DNA of 25,261 bases from Octopus sinensis (lineage: Eukaryota): NCBI RefSeq assembly GCF_006345805.1, contig NW_021836229.1, forward strand, positions 1 through 25,261. Reading direction: 5' to 3'. Below the pieces are notes generated by a model. The model ran no database searches. It saw nothing but the letters and a program-made list of their open reading frames with translations, and was not told the origin of the DNA. Each line of letters opens with the position of its first letter. Position 1 is the first letter of the stretch. Both the position numbers and the translations under genes were made by a program. Shown in pieces: positions 21,217 to 25,261 of this stretch.

Positions 21217-21710
21217 AAAGGAAGTCAGCTTTAAAAAGAATTGTTATTTTCCACTTTTATATAAGAGTGAATCATGTAGAAACATGCACCAGAAATATCT
21301 TCCATTATGAAGTGAAATTAAGGAACCAAGTTGGTGTTGTGTCTAATTACAAATATCTGTATAAGTGCATACACATGAAAATGTGTGTAATTAGATATAG
21401 CTTTATATACACACTTTACAAATATCTGAATAAATGTGTACACATGAAAATGTGTGTATATATTAGATAAATTATGTGGTTTCAGATTCAATCCTGTTGT
21501 GTGGCACATTGAAGAAGCACCTTCTGCCATAACCTTGGAGTGACCTATATGTCCAGAGTGGAATTTAGTGAGGTGCTTTGCAATCTGAAACACCTTGTAC
21601 CTCTAATTCTCTTGTTACTCAACGTTGGCAAACCTATTACTTTCAGCTTTTCTCCTTGCTAAATATATTTGACTATTCTTTTTTTTTCTGTTTTATTTCT
21701 GTATCCAAAG

Positions 21711-21780
21711 AAGTAAAAGATGATGATAAAGAAGAAATGACTTCGAGTGAACCAGTTGCACAGTCTTACAAATGTTCAGA
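21711..21780 (+). CDS. Candidate 70-bp internal exon of the host gene (EVKDDDKEEMTSSEPVAQSYKCS-D/E)
   Basis: Long pyrimidine tract ending ...TTTCTGTATCCAAAG| and donor |GTAAGT. It is open in phase 1-to-2 and joins in frame to 14685-14716. Confidence 0.7.
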
Positions 21781-22115
21781 GTAAGTTTATTTTTACATTT
21801 AATCATTTAACTGTTACTTGTTGATTATTGGAACCTTCTGATAAAATTGTATTTTAGATGGACTTGTTTATCAAAGTGTTTCAAACTTTGTTGATTTAGA
21901 TATGGTCTATTAAGGACTTTATAACAAATGACTTTGTCTTAATTCTAAACTGTCAATTTTGATATAAATCACAAATATAAACTAGTATTTTAGTAAACTA
22001 TTCAATGTTCTGCTTTGGCTAACAAGGCATGGCTGTATTGTTATGATGTTCACTTTGCAACTATAAGGTTTTGGGTTCATTCTTACTGCATGGTACTATT
22101 GGTGAGTGTCTTCTA

Positions 22116-23367
22116 TTGGGTTGGCAAGAAAGTAATTTCGTTTTTCACAAATAGTTATGATTTTTTTTGAATGACTTTTGTCAGTGTTATGATTTTTTCT
22201 GTTTGACATTTGATAGCTTACTTTAGAAGCAAATTGCACGTAATTTTGTTGCTGTTACTGTCAATTTTAACATGGAGTGCAAAAACGAGCATTTTCACCA
22301 TATTTTGCTTTTTATTTCTGTAAAGGCAAGAAAGCTGCTGGGGCTCACAAAGAGATATGTGAAGTTTATGGTGTTGATTGCTTAAGAGAATGCACATGTC
22401 AGAAATATTTAAAAAAATTCTGTTCTGGAGATTTTTCGCTCAAAAATGACCAACATTTTGGTCAACCTACTGAAGTTGATGATGACCGAATCAAAGCCAT
22501 AATTGAATCTGATTGTCATATAACTGTTCAAGAGATTGCAAAGAGGTTAAATGTATCATACACGACAATTGAAAATCACTTAAAATGCTTTGGGCTCATT
22601 AAGAAGCTCGATATTTGGGCTCCACATTGAAAGAGATTCACTTAACACTACAAATCAATATTTGCAATATGCATCTCAAATGCAATGAAATTGACCTTTT
22701 TTTTAAACGAATCATCACTGGTGATGAAAATTGGATTGTCTACAATAAATTTAATCAAAAATGATCATGGTCCAAGCGTAATGAACCAGCACAAACCTCA
22801 TTCAAAGCTCAATTGCATGAAAAAAAGGTCATGCTGTCAATTTGGTGGGATTACAAAGGAGTTGTGTATTTTGAGTTGCTTCCAAGAAACCAAATGATCA
22901 ATTCAGATATTTACTGTCAACAATTAATGAAACTGGAAGAAGCAATCAAAAAAAAAAATGCCAGAGTTGGTAAATCGTAAAGGAATCATGTTCCACCATG
23001 ATGTTAGACCACACGTCTTTGCTAACTCGTGAAAAATTATTGGAGCTTGGTTGGGAAGTGATGCCACATCCACCATATAACCCTGACCTTGCACCATCAG
23101 ATTACCATTTATTTCGAAGTGTGCAAAATTCTTTGAATCATAAAACTTTCAATTATGACGATGACCTGAAATTGCACTTGCTTCAGTTTTTAGCTGATAA
23201 GGACCAGAAGTTCTATGAGAGGGGAATCATGAAGTTGTCAGAAAGATGGCAAAAGGTCATTGAACAAAATGGAAAATATATAATTGATTAAAGTTCATTC
23301 TTTGTATGAAAAAAAATGACATTTATTTCACTCTAAAGAAACAGAAATTACTTTCTTGCCAACCCAA
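22116..23367 (+). mobile_element. Full-length (1252 bp) mariner DNA transposon, mellifera-subfamily-like
   Basis: Perfect 24-bp TIRs TTGGGTTGGCAAGAAAGTAATTTC, with TA TSD at 22114-22115 and 23368-23369. Confidence 0.96.
22272..23291 (+). pseudogene. Mariner DD34D transposase, frameshifted
   Basis: MECKNEHF..., WAPH (WVPHEL motif), ITGDENWIVYN, WWDYKGVVYFELL, FHHD, HPPYNPDLAPSDYHLFRS, ERWQKVIEQNGKYIID*. It has several indels. Confidence 0.95.
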
Positions 23368-24013
23368 TATTATAGCTTTGAGTTGAATAATGCCTTGTGA
23401 ATGAAACTAGGAGACAAAAGCTGTGGAAGCCCAGCATATATGTGTGCATGTGTTTATCTCTCTTTCATATGTCTTGGCATTGTCTACATTCTTAATGCAT
23501 TAAAAAATTTACAGCTTTGAAGCAGTGTGAATATTTACACTTCATGTAAAAAGCACACAGCTGAGAATTGAATGAAGCAAGTGAAGAAAGTAGTGGGAAA
23601 AATTGGAGAAAGGACAAAGAGATGAAATAAGAATTAGGAAAGAAGAGAATAGAATCAGCAATGACAAGCAACATTTAACTGATTAGCACTTTATTATGAT
23701 TAATAATACTATAAACATAATTATTATAAATTATTATAATTAATCTAAAACCTTATTGTATCTTAATCCCTTCTCCAACTAAAACCTATTGGCGTATCCC
23801 ACTATTATTAAAATTTTTTGTCATTTATCCATCCTAACCCCCACCTGTGCAAAGGATTAATCCACCAATTGCTATTTTGGTTTAGTCATTTACTTAATGT
23901 CCCAAAGAGACTCAAGCAAAATGGTATGATTACAACCATATTCAACTTTTCATTTTTTCTTCTCTTTGCTCTTCTTTATTTACTCTTCACTTTGATGAAG
24001 CTCTATGTTTCAG

Positions 24014-24077
24014 ATCGGTTTTACCACCAAATATGACAAATATTTCAAGCATATCATTTACAGTACCATACAACATT
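24014..24077 (+). CDS. Weak candidate next exon (SVLPPNMTNISSISFTVPYNI)
   Basis: Long pyrimidine tract at 23941-24013 ending TTTCAG| and donor |GTAAGC. It is open and phase-compatible (phase 2) with 21711-21780, but could be chance. Confidence 0.3.
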
Positions 24078-24359
24078 GTAAGCAGAAACAGCTGTTAGAT
24101 GGGATGCAGTCTATTTGTATTGAATTAATAAATATTAATTGATCATCATCATTATCGATGATGTTCACAAATATTTCTCCATTTTCTATTTTCTTTAAAG
24201 TTTGATTTTTGATAAACTCATGTATATTCTTGTCTGTCTATAATTTATGAGCATAATATGTTTGCATAAGTATGCCCATGGTTAAACATAGGTAATATAC
24301 CGGTAGTGTAATGGATACTTCTATCATTTACATGGGTATTTTAACCTCAGTATGCTGCA

Positions 24360-25020
24360 AGATAGGACCCCTCTTCCAAAAAGATGGTTCCCTCACAGAT
24401 AGTCCAACCAAGATCAGTGAGGTACTAAATGACCAGTTCAAAAGTGTCTTTACCACCCCGTTGAAACACAGACAAGTGAATGAACCAGTAGACTTCTTTA
24501 ACACCTCACCTATAACCAGTGAGGCAATTATGATGGAATACATCAACATTAGTGAAGAAGATATACTACTAGCCATAGATGAGGTGGACGCAAACTCAAC
24601 TGCTGGTCCTGATAGCTTCCCAGCAATCCTCTTCAAATCATGTAAGCATGCCCTGGCAAAACCCCTCCAGATTCTCTTCCAGAGCTTTCTTGCAAATGGC
24701 AGTCTGCCAAGCAAGCTGAAGGAGGGAATAATATGCCTAATCCATAAAGGGTGAAGCAGAGCAGATGCCAAAAACAATAGGCCTATCTCTCTGACTTCAC
24801 ACATCAGCAAAGTCATGGAACAGATAGTCAGAGGGAAACTAATTGCATTCTTTGAAGAAAATAACTTGCTGAGTGATACCCAGCGTGGTTTTCGACCAGG
24901 TAGGAGCTGCCTGACCCAGCATTTACAACATTATGACTGGGTGTTGAGGCAGTTACTCAACAACTCAAGTGTGAACGTAATATACTTTGATTTCGCAAAA
25001 GTTTTTGACGAAGTGGATCA
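24360..25020 (+). pseudogene. CR1-like LINE ORF2 fragment (pre-RT linker and RT N-terminal half)
   Basis: LNDQFKSVFT, AGPDSFPAILFK, NNRPISLTSHISKVMEQIV, QRGFRPGRSCLTQ, IYFDFAKVFDEVDH in one frame with a single stop (24752-24754). It is cut off by an RTE-tail insertion. Confidence 0.9.
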
Positions 25021-25022
25021 TA

Positions 25023-25194
25023 CATCATCATCATCATCATCATCATCGTTTAACATCCGCTTTCCATGCTAGCATGGGTTGGAAGGTTCGACCGGGGTCT
25101 GGGAAGCCAGGAGGCTGCACCAGGCTCCAGTCTGATCTGGCAGTGTTTCTACGGCTGGATGCCCTTCCTAACACCAACCACTCCGTGAGTGTAG
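25023..25194 (-). mobile_element. Young 5'-truncated RTE 3' end
   Basis: (CAT)8 tail, intact CCATGCTAGCATGG (25064-25077) and GGCTGGATGCCCTTCCTAACACCAACCACTCCG. CpGs are retained. Confidence 0.9.
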
Positions 25195-25261
25195 TTATTA
25201 TTATTGTTATTATTATTATTATTATTCATTTTGTTCAACGTGTACAAGTACGTATGTGTTC

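Larger units (their letters stand above)
22025..23440 (+). mobile_element. SINE (9836 family) split by the mariner insertion
   Basis: The head/core ...GAGTGTCTTCTA (to 22115) resumes as TATTATAGCTTTGAG...GCCTTGTGA (from 23368), matching the family sequence GTGTCTTCTACTATAGCC...GCCTTGTGAG. Confidence 0.75.

Overview
Eukaryotic, repeat-saturated, AT-rich animal DNA. The SINE and LINE families look like octopus (coleoid cephalopod); this is inferred from recognising the repeats, not from a database search. From left to right: a Helitron 3' end; an RTE/BovB remnant interrupted by a tRNA-derived SINE with a 12-bp TSD; a complete 1.72-kb non-autonomous Helitron carrying a PIF1-helicase remnant; a 1.6-kb (TA)n tract; and a nearly full-length RTE LINE (APE-RT with a PHD-like finger inside the RT). 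The LINE's 5' region contains a templated copy of the upstream Helitron end. The right half holds many SINEs and truncated RTE 3' ends, an internally deleted DD37D/maT element, a full-length decayed mellifera-like mariner nested in a SINE, and a CR1-like RT fragment. Two phase-compatible small + strand exons (14685-14716 and 21711-21780) suggest the right half is intronic to a host gene. The most unusual region is 19.1-19.6 kb: a 437-bp foldback whose arms each begin with a hammerhead-ribozyme motif, next to a third, different hammerhead. No prokaryotic genes, rRNA, true tRNA or CRISPR arrays are supported. Most ORFs in the supplied track are spurious or TE-derived.
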